A stretch of 64,000 nucleotides of DNA from Octopus sinensis (Eukaryota), in the NCBI RefSeq assembly GCF_006345805.1, contig NC_043000.1, forward strand, positions 69,440,001 to 69,504,000, in the 5' to 3' direction. Each line of letters starts with the position of its first letter. Within the stretch, counting starts at the first letter, position 1. Positions 1 to 13,182 of this stretch are shown one piece after another. The notes below the pieces were generated by a model. It saw only the letters and a list, made by a program, of their open reading frames with translations. It was not told the origin of the DNA and did not search any database. The position numbers and the translations under genes are program-made.

Positions 1-45
1 CAAGGAACAGCGGAGGACCTGCAGCTCCTTCCTGAGAGGGTATCC

Positions 46-465
46 GTGGGCGAGAACGTAACCCTCAGGGTACAGGTCGAAGGCCGAAAACCCACCTGTT
101 ACGCCTGCGGCAAAAAGGGCAACATTCGTGTAGACTGTCCAGACAAGCAAAAGAAACCGCAGACACCAGGCCCCTCAGATAATAAAAAAGTCCCTACCCT
201 TGCAAACACACCTAACCCTACAAAAACAAAAAATCCCACTCCTGCTGTTACGGTGCCAACCCCAAAACAGACTGAAGAAAAAACCCAGCCCTCGCACTCA
301 CAAACCCCTACACTATTAAAACCTCCCACCCCCCTAAAACTGCGGCGCCTACCGAACAAACTATTGCTACCCCAGACGATACCATGGAGGTATCAGAGGG
401 GGGATTTACACCAGTTCGTAAAAGATTCGTGCAGCATCCCCGTCCTCATCCCCTACAAAAAATAA
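46..465 (+). pseudogene. LINE ORF1 C-terminal fragment (gag-like knuckle plus Pro/Thr/Lys-rich tail)
   Basis: CYACGKKGNIRVDC is C-x2-C-x4-N-x4-C, a CCHC knuckle with His replaced by Asn. The tail continues in shifted frames to about 810. Confidence 0.7.
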
Positions 466-828
466 TAAAAACAAAGACACACCACAGACGGAAAAAAAAA
501 TCCCGCTCAACTGGCCCAGAAAAAGAAGACAAAAAAGAAAATGAACTCATATTAATTGAATTCGACACACAAGACAAATACATAAACGATATTGTGGTTC
601 AGCATCAGTCAGCAAGACTGTACAACAATACAAAGATCGAAATAGACACGCGTGGATTGCGGAAACAACGTTCAAACAATTAAATGACAGACACCCAAAC
701 GCCATCCGGCATATCGCGAACTTGCCGGACTATCTGAAGAAAGAGGAGAAAGAAGGGGCCCACAAACGTGTGGTGAGGTCGGCCCCCACCTCTCCAACGA
801 AATGTAAGTAGAACTTTTACTTTTTGTA

Positions 829-3800
829 ATGGCTTCGCTTAACCTTGGTTGTTTAAATGTGCGTGGTCTGAGTTCGAAGTGGAAGCAGGCTTGTTTCCTC
901 GACGACCTCAGATCACATGATATACATGTGATGGTTGCTACAGAGACCAAGCTGGACAGCCTACAAACCTTCTCGCCTCTCCTGAATGGCTACGAGAAAA
1001 TCATGTCTCCTGGCCAGACCGGAGGGCGAGGGGGCGTAGTGGTACTGATCCGTAAAGACTTGGCTCTACAGACAAGTACAGTCTATGTAGACCCAGAAGG
1101 TGGGCTGGTCGTCCTTGATGTGACATACAGCAGTAAGGCCTTCAGGTTGATCGGACTCTATGCACCTTGTGCTAGAGATTTCCAAACTGATTTTTATCGG
1201 CGCCTAGAGGGCTTTCTCGTGACGTCGAAGACTTTAGTGATATTAGGGGACTTTAATGCTATCGTTGACGTACACATCGATAGCGTTGGCTCGATCTATA
1301 GGAAAGTGAACTCACGTCTCGTGGATCTGCTTAAGCGGTTTCAGCTAGCAGATCGTTACAGACTTGACCATCCGAACGTCCCAGAGTGGACCTGGATGAG
1401 TGGCGACGGAAGGTTCAAGTCTTATCTAGACAGGATAGTGATAAGAACTAGAGATAAGTCTAGTTTTAGTTGTCCACAGCTCGTCCAGGTGCCCTATACT
1501 GACCATAGAATGGTCACGTGTAGACTGGACATAGATAGCACACTTAAGATAGGAACCGGCTACTGGAAGCTGAACAAGTCTATTTTGACACGCGAGGCAT
1601 ACCGTAGCCGGATTAAGGTGTTAGTGCAGAGGGCGTTAACCGGAGCCGTGGTTAATAACCGGTGGTGGTTCACCCTCAAAAGAGCCATTCGATTCGAGTC
1701 CATTAGATTTAGTAAACAACTAAGACTAGATAGGGCTAGAATAGAAGGCAACTAGTTAAGAACTTAGAGGAGGCGTTGAGGTTGGGCTCTGCATCTCACA
1801 TTTTAGCGGCGAGAACGGCATTAGACCGTCACCTCAAAACCAAACATGAGAGATGTAGAGTCCGGGCTAAAGTACGAGCATTGGGCCGTGAGGGAATTAA
1901 TGTTGCCGGATGGGCCCGTAGATAGAAACACAGCGTGGAAACGATGCCACAATTGGGTCTCTTGTTGATGAAAACGGATGCACGATCAAGAAGCGGGACG
2001 AGATGTGTGAGGCACTTCACAAGCACTTCGCCGAAGTTCGGGAGGTGCGGGACGCTGGATCATGGTGAGGCCCTTAGGGACTTCCTGTCTGGTGGCCCGC
2101 GCCTCTCGACACGAGAGGCTGAGTGCTGTGAAGGGCCAATCACAGCCGAGGAAGTAATCGAGGTGTTGGGCAAGTGCCCCGGGGAGAAGTCGCCGGGTCT
2201 CGATGGTCTGCCCTATGAATTTTATAGAAGTATACCAGACTTGTTCGGGCACCTGCTGGCTAGCGTCTACGCCAACTGGCAGCAGAATGGGAGAATTCCC
2301 AAGTCTGCGAGCCGGGGGGCGGTGACGTTGATCAGGAAGGACCCGAATAAGGGGGACGAGATAGGGAACTTCAGGTCCATAACTCTGTTAAACACAGAGT
2401 TAAAGATTCTGGCCAAGGTGCTAGCAAAAAGGTTGGCGCGGGTCGTGGACAAACTTGTCGGGGAAGCGCAAACGTGCGCTATCCCCGGCAGAACGATCCA
2501 CGACAATCTCCACCTTATACGCTACTCCTTAGAGTGGGTGGGGAAGCTTTCTGGCGCAGGGGGAGCACTGGTACATTTAGATCAGTTCAAAGCATTTGAT
2601 AGGGTCGACCATCGGTACCTGGCGGCGGTCCTCGGAGAGGCTGGCCTAGGCCCGACCTTTCGAGGTTGGATCGCTGCTTTGTATAGCGACATCGAGTCTG
2701 TAGTCAAGGTGAACGGTTCCTTTTCGAAGCCGTTCAGGATCGAGCGTTCAGTTCGTCAAGGGTGTCCCCTGTCCTCGCTCCTATACGTATTGGCTCTTGA
2801 GCCTTTGCTGCGGAAGTTGGAGGCACTAGGGGGCGCGCCGCATGATCTATGGTGTGGAAGAGGAGCTACGGCGTATGCGGATGACACCTCCATCATCGTG
2901 GCAGACGAAGGCCAGCTTCCAGTGGTGGAAGAGGCCATCAAAAGCTACGAGGCGGTGGCAGGAGCAAAGGTTAACAAGGACAAGTCGGTCGGTTTGCAAC
3001 TCGGCACCTGGAGGGCAAGCCGATGCCGTCCAATAACGTCGTAGGGCGTTGGACGGAAGGTCCTGTTAAGCTGCTCGGAGTCTGGTTCGGGCCAGACCTC
3101 CAGATTGAGGTGGCCAACAAGGTGACCGCTCTAACTCAGACCTGGTCTGGGCGGGCGTTATCCCTGCTAGGGAAGGCGGAGGTGGTGCAGATGTTTATAG
3201 CATCAGTAATCACCTACCGTCTGACCGTGGTGCCTTGCCCCGATTTGTGGCTGAACAAGTCGGAGAGAATCCTTTTCCGATTTTTGTGGAAAGGAGGAAA
3301 GCCACTTGTAAAGCGCTCTGTCTGCTGCCAGAAACCGCTAAAGGGTGGGCTAGGGATGCCTTGGCTGAGGATGCGAAAACTCGCGTTAAGGTTGAGGCAC
3401 CTCTGGCTTTACCTGGATGGAGAGCAGGTGTGGTCGCCGCACGTCCGGTTCTACCTTCCCCAGTTAACATCCCTAACGGACATCGGTGCATGGATCAAGC
3501 GGAGACCTAAACTGAGTGAATGGCATTTGGAGTGCCGTCAGGCGCTCCAGCTACTATCTCGGGTGGGCAACGCCGGCAACAGGAGTTCCACCACGGATTT
3601 CTATAGCGGGTTAGTGGAGATTAAGTCCGAAGACGCCTTGAGGGAGACCCTGGGCTACGATGAAAATCAGTTGGTCAACCTGTTCCGGAGGACGTTCGGG
3701 CCGGGGTATCTGGATAATTACCAGAAATCCCTAGCCTGGCAGTGTTTCCGTGCGGCTTTACCTGTTCGCGACAAGCTGTCAAGGCACGGTAGTGCCGTCT

Positions 3801-4210
3801 CGCCGACATGCCCGCGATGTGAGCAGGATAGGGAGACCGTCTTGCACGCATTCGTGGAGTGTCCGGAGTTATCGGGACTGATAGCTTTTGTTGAACAACT
3901 GTTGTCAGTGATGAGAAGAGTACAGCTATCAGCTGAGTCTATCATCGAGATTGTGCCGCCCCCTTTCCTTAACAGGGAAAGAAAGGCTTGTTTTTTCTGT
4001 GTAGTAGCCATACTGAAAGAAACAGTATGGAAGACGCGTACGAAAGGTATAGTGACAGGCACCTTTGTCTCCGGCCAGGGGTTGATTAACTTTTTTAGTT
4101 ACCACCTCAGTAGCAAAATCAGGCTGGAGAAGAGGTGTCTGTCACGAGATATGTTTGTGAAAAGATGGAAGTCTGTGGCATACAAGATGGGTATGTTTGA
4201 CACCAGGTAA
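829..4210 (+). pseudogene. LINE ORF2 (APE endonuclease-RT-zinc finger), broken into at least three frames
   Basis: APE motifs LNVRGL, ETK, GDFN, SYLDRI and TDH (829-1755). RT motifs PGLDG, DQFKAFDRV, RQGCPLS and AYADD (1935-3044). Finger CPRCEQDRETVLHAFVEC (3023-4210). Confidence 0.9.
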
Positions 4211-4437
4211 GTGTGACCGGATCAGAAAGTAAAGGTTCTACCCGGATGGCTGGGTGTCTGTCCTTCGACATGATCATTAATATTTTTAAACATTGCCTTC
4301 GTAAAATTCATGTTTATAATCTTATCCGTAATTTCATTCGAAAATTGTAACTATGTTAAGCTACTTCACCCTTTATATTTGTCTGTCCTTGTTTGTCCCC
4401 TCTTTGTAAATGCCTAAATGGCAAATTATATGAAATA

Positions 4438-4815
4438 AAGTAGCTTGCTAACCAACCACATGGTTCTGGGTTCAGTCCCACTGTGTGGCACCTTGGGCAA
4501 GTGTCTTCTGCTATAGCCCCGGGCCGACCAATGCCTTGTGAGTGGATTTGGTAGACGGAAACTAAAAAGAAGCCTGTCGTATATATGTATATATATATAT
4601 GTATGTGTGTGTGTGTTTGTGTGTCTGTGTTTGTCCTCCTAGCATTGCTTGACAACCGATGCTGGTGTGTCCCCGTCACTTAGCGGTTCGGCAAAAGAGA
4701 CCGATAGAATAAGTACTGAGCTTACAAAGAATAAGTCCCGGGGTCGATTTGCTCGACTAAAGGTGGTGCTCCAGCATGGCCGCAGTCAAATGACTGAAAC
4801 AAGTAAAAGAGTAAA
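4438..4815 (+). mobile_element. tRNA-derived SINE family 1, starting inside the head
   Basis: Matches the full copy at 60544-60950 from AAGTAGCTTGC onward, with internal (TA)/(TG) tract and tail ending GACTGAAACAAGTAAAAGAG. Confidence 0.85.
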
Positions 4816-4879
4816 GAGAGACCTGGAATAACCAACATCTTTCACGCCATAAAATCGAACTTACCTATACTCCTACAAA

Positions 4880-5460
4880 GCTCCAATATGAAAAATTGGA
4901 TTGAAAAAAAAAATACCTTACGGAATAGTGGACGCTAACCAAAACATCTTTAAAAAAACACCTCAAAGGGCAGAATTCAAATCAGAGAATGAATAAGAAT
5001 TCTTAGTAAAAGAATGTGGAGATAGGAGATGTGGAACATGCAACAACTTCAAATACTTGGAAAGTGGTTCCCACATAAAATTCAAGAGCGGATCCCTGTT
5101 CAAAATAAATGCAGATATCAACTGCAAAACGGAAAACCTCATATACTGCATTACCTGCCCAAACTGCAAAGAAAATTACATTGGCGAGACAAATAATTCC
5201 CTCTGCCAATTTGTAAGAATCCACTCGCAATATATCCGGCAAAGGGAATTACGCAAGATTCCATTAAGTAAGCATCTGGAAATATGCAGCCACGGAAAAT
5301 TCAAAATTTTACAAATTTTACAAATGTGCACGGGACGATCCGCAATACTGAAAAGCAATGGAACTACATTTCATGAAAAAATTCTCTTCAAAATGTTTGA
5401 AAGAAAAGGAGACAGTACATATTGTATTCTAAATATTACTCAAATATCGGAAACATAATG
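4880..5460 (+). mobile_element. PLE remnant, GIY-YIG endonuclease end
   Basis: ORF 5057-5458 contains INCKTENLIYCITCPNCKENYIGET...H...PLSKHLEIC. Its 3' end (about 5375-5445) is repeated in diverged form at about 5984-6060, like a pseudo-LTR. Confidence 0.75.
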
Positions 5461-5669
5461 CTCATCATTGTAAATATTCAGATGTATATGTGTGGCATTG
5501 AGATGGTCTGAAATTTGCGCATTTTTCTAGTTCGTAAGTGTTATACTAATGTTCTCTAATACAAAAACATGAAATTGAAAGAGGTGTGATTTTGTTTTTC
5601 AACACAAAACATCGAAGTTACACACAAACACAAACAAACACAGACACACACGCGCGCGCGCGCGCGCAC

Positions 5670-5702
<33 letters not shown>

Positions 5703-5709
5703 TACACAT

Positions 5710-5741
<32 letters not shown>

Positions 5742-6287
5742 TACGCACGCACGCACGCATACACACTTCATCAAGGGATCCTCTCCAAAATTGAATGCTT
5801 GAAGGTAAAGCGGAGAATTTGTATATTTTATTCCTCTACAAATGCCCTGGTATGTATATGCGTAGGATTGGCATATTATAACTTTGCGTATATATATTAA
5901 TTAATTTTATTTATTTATTTTATTTTTAATAAATTTTTAATGTAATTATTATACTGTTTTTTCATGCAGAACTACATTTCATCAAAAAATTATCTCCAGA
6001 ATTAAATGTTTGAAAGGAAAAGGGGAGACAGTATATTTTGTATTCTAAATATAACTCAAAGAGGAGAAAAAGAAAAAAAGAGGAAAAAAGAAGGAAACAA
6101 GAGAGCAAAAAGAAAACAAAAAGAGGGGAAGAGAGAAAGAAAGCAAAAATACTTTCAGTGATGACCACAGCACACCATACGTGTTTTTTTTTTGAAGCGG
6201 TCACCATCCTTAAACCAATTCCAAAACAATGGTAAATGACTAAATAAATAAATGAATGGTGAATCTATCAATCAATCTATCCATCTA

Positions 6288-6370
<83 letters not shown>

Positions 6371-6692
6371 CCATTGTCATGGAATCTCCCCCCCCAAAAA
6401 AAAACCACCGTTCTCTTCTAAACGAAACCCAAAAGAACGTGTGTTTTATATAAATGAACAAGCTGTTTGTACATTCCAAAAATTATATTTGACAAGTTCA
6501 AGAAGCGAACGAAAGCGCTAATGAAGAAATAAAAAGATTTTTTTCCAAAATTCTGACGACTTTTTTTTCTCAATATTCAATTTCTGTACACCACACCTAA
6601 CACTATACATACATGCATACATACACACACACGCACACACGCGCGCGCACATACCCCCCCCCCACACACACACACATACATAGATATATCTA

Positions 6693-7043
6693 GGCGGAGT
6701 GTGCTGAGAAATTTGCCCCACACCATTTTGGGTTCAGACCCACTCTGTGGCATCTTGTGGGAGTTTCCTCTGCTATATCCTCCGGTCGACTAAAGTCTTC
6801 TGTGTGGATTTAGCAGAGAGAAACTGAAAGAAGCTTGTATATATGCGTTTGTGGGATTTATCTTCCACTACTTCATGACAGCTAGTGTTGGTGCGTTTAT
6901 GTCCCCGTAATCTAGTGGTTCAGCTAAAGTGATCGATTACATAAGTACGAGGCATAAAAAAGAAAGCAAGTAGTGGGGTCGATTGTTTCGATTGAGATTC
7001 TTCAAGGAGTGCCCCAGCGTGGTCGCAATCAACTAATGACTGA
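6693..7043 (+). mobile_element. SINE family 1, diverged copy
   Basis: Colinear similarity to 60544-60950 across head, body and tail. Confidence 0.75.
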
Positions 7044-7499
7044 AACAAGTAAAGGATAAAAGATATAGATAGATAGAAATGGTTAGATATAGGTATATAG
7101 ATATATTTAAAAAATGAGGGAGGTAAATTTAATATTAATTTAATTAATATCTATTTAAAACCAGTAGCCTAGCATACAAAAATCTGAAAAATCAGAGAAA
7201 ATTCTAATACATGTGTATATTCAAAGGGCAAGACCACTAGGTAGTCGGCCGTATGCTAGAAATAGATCACCTACGATCAAACTACAAAGAAAAGAATGTT
7301 CTCTTGAGGAAAAATTCAGCGGACACCAGAACAATTAGGCAGTATATAGATATAAATACATAGTGTGTTCGAGATAAATTTGACGATTGTTATGGCTCCC
7401 TTTTACAGACAAAGCTTGATGTATCGGTGATAAGTCAACGGCGTTGAGAGTATAAAGATTACATTTGTAGTAGAGAAAAAGCTAACTGACATGAACGTC

Positions 7500-8060
7500 T
7501 AGAAACCATATGAATATTGGAAAAGAGAATCATGCTGATTCATGCCAAGTATCAAAATGCCGACAACATGTCTGCTGCTCATTGTCTGTGAGCGCTGTGA
7601 AAACTGAAAGACATGATATGGATAGCTGTGAAACCGTGGTTATTAGGAAGTGATACAGAAGCGTTGATACGGCGTTCGCACGCCAGAATGAATCCCCACG
7701 TTTTTTAAACAAGGACTTAGGCTCAATTCAGATAGCTACGTGAAGCTGCTGAAGAGTATGGCCAATCCACAATTGAAGAGGGTTGCTGCTGGAAGTCTAT
7801 ATACGTGGCAGCAGGATTTGGTTCGTTAACATACCACCGGATAATTTCTACTTCACTAGCCTCCTAATTTCTGGCCTCCTAATTCCCCCGATTGTCGTGT
7901 GGGATACAGTTGAAAAAGACACCAATCACTCTGCCTGCAACATTAAGGTTGGGATAGTGGCCAAGATCAAGATGTTCGAAATACTTCCCAAGTACAGAGT
8001 GAGGAATGCATGCTCTAGTTTCTGGAGCCCTGGAAGCTGATAGCGGCTACTTTGAGTAAA
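7500..8060 (+). mobile_element. Tc1/mariner (DD37D/maT-like) transposase remnant, internally deleted
   Basis: Translates as GLRLNSDSYVKLLK...LKRVAAGSLYTWQQD and FWPPNSPD...VWDTVEKDTN, similar to the element at 33400-34698. Confidence 0.65.
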
Positions 8061-8096
8061 CTGTAGTATACACACACACACAAACACACAGACACA

Positions 8097-8132
<36 letters not shown>

Positions 8133-8437
8133 ACACACACACACATACACACACACACACAAACACACATATACATATATAAGTACATATATATGTATAT
8201 GGATTTATTTATACGTACATATATGCATGTATATTTACTTGTGTTTGCGTATGTATATATGAATGCATGCATGCATGTGTTCAAGTGTACAGTCTTCTTT
8301 TGAAAACTTGTTTGACATAGCAATAGTCATAACCTAATTTTTTTAATTAACTCCAATGCATTCTCAGCGAATAAACTGCTGTCGTGTGTCTTATTTGTCT
8401 AGCCCCCAAATGTATGCATGATGTGTGTGTGCGTGTG

Positions 8438-8482
<45 letters not shown>

Positions 8483-8561
8483 GTATATATATATATTATA
8501 TATACGTATATATATATATGTATATATGTATATATATATATATATGTACACACGGAAAAAG

Positions 8562-8598
<37 letters not shown>

Positions 8599-9114
8599 GT
8601 ATACATACATATACACATAAAGGTATACATAGCCATATATACGCACACGCCCATGTGTATAAATGTTTCTATGTACTTACATTCACTTATACACATATAT
8701 ATTTGCACACATGCTCACACACACACATATAATGGTAGTTTAAAGAGACTAGAAATAATTTGAGATAACTAAAAGACAAATAATACATGAATTCCGACAA
8801 GAAGAACATGTGGAGGGTAAAGCCTAAATATACGAAAGGAAACAAGAAGTATGGAACAAAATGCAACTTGAAAAAGCATCAATGAAAGAAACAAAACATT
8901 TTGACATTTTGCATTATAATTTTTGGCTCGTAGAAGGAAAAGTATAAAGGGCTAAGAGAAATAGAAAAACAAATGGTAGCGGATTTAAGAAAACTACGTG
9001 TTTGGCAGGCTAAGCAATGTAAGCATATGGCTTTGCATTCGTGTACTTTTATCATCCACTTAAACGCTTACACTGTTGCAGAACAAATCATAGCACCTTT
9101 ACGAATTGACCATA

Positions 9115-9160
<46 letters not shown>

Positions 9161-9213
9161 ATTGGTGAATTGAAGAAATGGAGCTGAACGCAGATTGAAC
9201 AGAAATCGTTTTA

Positions 9214-9304
9214 TTTCATTCTACACACTGTTTCGAAAGGCACAAATTACCAAAATCCGATTGAATAATGGGACCATATTGTGTCTTTCTCTTCAGGAAG
9301 AAAA
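9214..9304 (-). ncRNA. Type I hammerhead ribozyme copy in the PLE 3' end, with altered stem III loop
   Basis: Reverse complement reads CTGAAGA-stem II-GAAAC-AGTGT-GTA-GAATGAAA. The palindromic ACGT of the other copy is replaced by AGTGT. Confidence 0.6.
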
Positions 9305-9904
9305 AGGAAATCCGTTGGAAAAACAAAAACAGAACAGAGGCGGAGCAAAAAACAAATCGAACTGTGCTCCTAAGAGCCCATGGCGAAACTGTTTATCAGT
9401 GTATGTTGAGAACCGGTGGCTGAAGAATTCAACGGGTCAGGCATCGGTCAATCATGTGGTGAGGGTGTATAGATGTTCTTTGTGACCGAGAATAAAGTTC
9501 TGACTATTTAAGGAATATTGGATGTTTTGTAAGGGGCGAGAAAAAATCTACTTAGAGACGTGTGTGTGTGTATACTGTTCTATATATGTGTGTGTTGGCG
9601 TAGGGGTAGAAAACATTTTTTGTGTACGTGTGTGCGTTTGATCGTTCGGCTGTCAGTGGCTACTGCCGTGATAACCGTTGGGTGGCAGAAAGAAAAAAAT
9701 AAAAAATATATATATATGTTATGTTTTATGTGTGTGTGTGTTCATCTAAGCCTGCCTTGTCAAGGAAACCCCCCGCTGTGAGAAAACCAAGCCCCGTTTG
9801 TCTTACAGGAGTAATTCCCCTTGCAGTGGTTAATCGTAGATATCTTAAAGGCTATTTCAGAATTTGTTACCAAGGGCTATGGGTGCCGGTATTATTTATA
9901 AACG

Positions 9905-12469
9905 CTATTTAAAGGCCAGATAAGTGTAACGCCGCCAATGGGGGCATCGAAAAGCCGACTGTAAGAGCCCGTTTACCATCCGGCCTCTGGCAAACAAAAT
10001 ATGGAAGAGTTCGGAGACACAAAGGTTGCACTGTCTTCTGCCCCTATCAAATGGGAGGGCCACCGACAAAATTGACCATTCCAGCCTATAGCTTAAGTTC
10101 GCATCCTTCAGTCGCCATATTAGCTTACTGAGTCCCGTGGTCTGGCGCTTGTTCACGTCCCGAAAAGTTGCGTAATGGTTGGAGACACGCAAAGACAATC
10201 TTGAGGATGATGCCCCTACATAAGTGAAGGCATCTGAGTCCGTGTAAACCTTGCATTGGTAGACGGCGTTTTTGATCTTGGAGTTCGCCGACGTGAATCT
10301 TAATCTGCTAGGATTAGTTTCTGAAATTAGAACTGCGTTCCTGTCACTATATTCGTTCCGAGACCTGCCCGCTTACTACTCTATTTTCCACTACGTCACT
10401 ATTAACTATAGGAATAACCCCTGATTCTCCACTATCTATCAGAGTGCTGTCATTGCTACTGCCCGTGGTACTGCTATTGCGGGAAATGATGCTGGGGATG
10501 CTAATGGGGCTCTCTACCCTACTCCCATTATTACCGTCAACCACAACACCCCTATTTATAACTATACCCCTAGTGGGTACTCCCTGGCTGGAGCTGAGAT
10601 TATGTGTCACTGTACTGGCTCTCATATCATTATTACTACTATAATTATTCCTACTGAGCATTAACCGGAGCGGAAGAGGCTGTGCCTCCGGAAAAAGGTG
10701 ATAGGGTCTTAGTAAGTAGCCTATTATTATGGGAGGCGATTATCTGGGCGAGGTTTTTAGTGTTGGAGAAAGCTATCCTAACTTTATGTGAGTTAACCGT
10801 GGAGTAATATTTGGAATTTCTGGGGAGTTATTGGCGATGGCTTGTCTAAACATGAGGGGGAGGTTAGTTCTAATCTGCTTACCAAAGGGGATTACAAACC
10901 ATATATGCTTATTCCTATCAGTATGATGGGTCGGGACGCCAGCTCTCGCATTCGGGTGGGTGATTCTCGGATGAATAACGGGTCTTGGGTTAGTGTAAGA
11001 CCTCTCGGACCGATAATTATCCTTGTTCGCTAAATTAAATGCGGGAGCGACTACCCCGGCATCCGCCGCGCTCCCGTCCTTACTTAAAATGTTAATGTTA
11101 TTATATACGGCCCTATCCTGATGACCGAATGATGGCATCGGAAGGGCCGGATCAATATAAATTACCTTCTGCCTATAACCGGCCTTGGATAGTGCGGCGT
11201 TATAAAATTCCGCTTTCTGCATAAAAATATCGGCACTGGCGGACAAGCCAGACAATCTTAGAGAGATGTTTTTAACCAAATTGTCTGTTACGGTTTTGGC
11301 ATGATTTGAGAAGACACTGACATACTTCAAATTAGTGGAAGGCTTATGGTAAGGGCAGTATGAGTCGCTATTAAGGTTAAGTGTAACGTCTAGGAAATTA
11401 GCCTTGGTGAGTTCATTATCAAAAACTATACTCATGCCCATTCTATTAAAAAACCTAGCTAACCTGCTCTTAGTTTTCTGCACTATTCTGTTCGTGGTGT
11501 TTTGCAGGTAAAACAGACAATCGTCACGATACAGGCCGCCCGCGATCTCCGGGAATTGGTCGGACAATTCGTAGAGAATATATATTCCGACCAAATCGGC
11601 TATCTGCGCACTATCCGAACTACCCATAGGCACATCAAATTCATTGGAGTATCTTTACGGATCCACAACTTATTATCAAACTTAATAAACGATTTCCTGG
11701 CAACTAAAATGATATCTATCTCTTCTCTGGTGAGGCCAGCCTTGTTGTGAGCATGCCAGAGGGCCTTATTTAGCACACTAGGGTTAATCGAGGGGTAGAA
11801 GCTGGCGATATCAAACTGAATGAACCTAGTACGGTTCTTATTGGGGATGGAAGAGAACCACTTCACTACCTGCGAGGAGTTGGCCCAGAGGCTGAGCTTC
11901 AGCTTGTTTACTAAACTAGGGATATATTTATCTAAAATGTACTTACTGATTATCCCGATATCAGATCTAGCAGGGCATATGAGTCTTAGCGCTGGGTTGG
12001 TGTGGAAGTTAGGTTTATGGTCCTTCACTATAAATCTGGGTTGCTTGGGGCTAAGCGGCTGAGTTCTCATTTGAATTCGGTGTTTAAATATTATATCCTT
12101 AATTTCCAAGTTTACCTTCCTCAGGGTACTCCAATTGGTTTTTCTATATATTTTTCTTGATCTCTTTACCGAGTAAATCTAGGTACTGCTTAATGGACAT
12201 CTTGTATGTGTTCCTGGTCTTGTCGGACTGGACCAGGACTCCGTCCGTTCTATTAATGTCCTTGGTAATTTTATCTAGGTATCTGAGGTGGGCATTTCTC
12301 CTGGGTGACTTCCTGAACTTAATCTTTCTAACTATGTCCCACAAGTCGTCCTCAAACTTCTTCAGTCTTGGGTTCGGTGGCGGCGTATCCAATGTTTTAA
12401 AAAGCCGGCCGTATTCGGACGATGCTGTTGTCCGGTTCGATTTTAGATCTTCGTTCTCGTGAAAGAAAA
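9905..12469 (-). pseudogene. PLE polyprotein (RT + GIY-YIG) with several single-base frameshifts
   Basis: Motifs FKT..TPP...FEDDL, QSDKTRNTY, FDIASFYPSI, PMGSSDSAQIADLVG, YRDD, FLDVTLNL, SNH, (F)PRNSKYYSTVNSHKVRIAFSNTKNL, AVY...TYVG...RVSNH and CNLC...CPH. No stops are seen apart from those caused by the shifts. Confidence 0.9.
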
Positions 12470-13182
12470 TGTGTCTCCGAACTCTTCCATATTTTGTTTG
12501 CCAGAGGCCGGATGGTAAACGGGCTCTTACAGTCGGCTTTTCGATGCCCCCATTGGCGGCGTTACACTTATCTGGCCTTTAAATAGCGTTTATAAATAAT
12601 ACCGGCACCCATAGCCCTTGGTAACAAATTCTGAAATAGCCTTTAAGATATCTACGATTAACCACTGCAAGGGGAATTACTCCTGTAGACAAACGGGGCT
12701 TGGTTTTCTCACAGCGGGGGGTTTCCTTGACAAGGCAGGCTTAGATGAACACACCACACATAAAACATAACATATATATATATTTTTTATTTTTTTCTTT
12801 CTGCCACCCAACGGTTATCACGGCAGTAGCCACTGACAGCCGAACGATCAAACGCACACACGTACACAAAAAATGTTTTTCTACCCCTACGCCAACACAC
12901 ACATATATAGAACAGTATACACAACACCACGTCTCTAAGTAGATTTTTCTCGCCCCTTACAAAACATCCAATATTCCTTAAATAGTCAGAACTTTATTCT
13001 CGGTCGCAAAGAACATCTATACACCCTCACCCACATGATTGACCGATGCCTGACCCGTTGAATTCTTCAGCCACCGTTTCTCACATACACTGATAAACAG
13101 TTCGCCATGGGCTCTTAGGAGCACAGTTCGATTTGTTTTTGCTCCGCCTCTGTTCTGTTTTTGTTTTTCCAACGGATTTCCT

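Larger units (their letters stand above)
1..4437 (+). mobile_element. Non-LTR retrotransposon, L1/Tx1-like, 5' end outside window, disrupted
   Basis: ORF1 tail with a zinc knuckle, then ORF2 pieces with APE endonuclease, RT and a C-terminal CCHC finger. The AT-rich 3' UTR ends at ...TGAAATA (4437) with no poly(A). Confidence 0.9.

Noticed and set aside
4649-4831. Recurrent MTTDAGV...AVLQHGRSQMTETSKRVK peptide (also 60774 and 61328)
   Set aside because: It is an incidental frame in the SINE family 1 tail.
10347-10661. Independent low-complexity ORFs on both strands (10347-10661 and 10444-10644)
   Set aside because: They lie within the frameshifted PLE linker and its antisense.
11117-11155. 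CTGATGA-CCGA...TCGG-AAG hammerhead-like string antisense to the PLE ORF
   Set aside because: GAAG instead of GAAA and no A15.1-U16.1/NUH site.
9905-12469. Selenocysteine recoding in the Naiad-like PLE, as reported for some Naiads
   Set aside because: I found no in-frame TGA at a conserved Cys position; the breaks are frameshifts, not readthrough-type stops.
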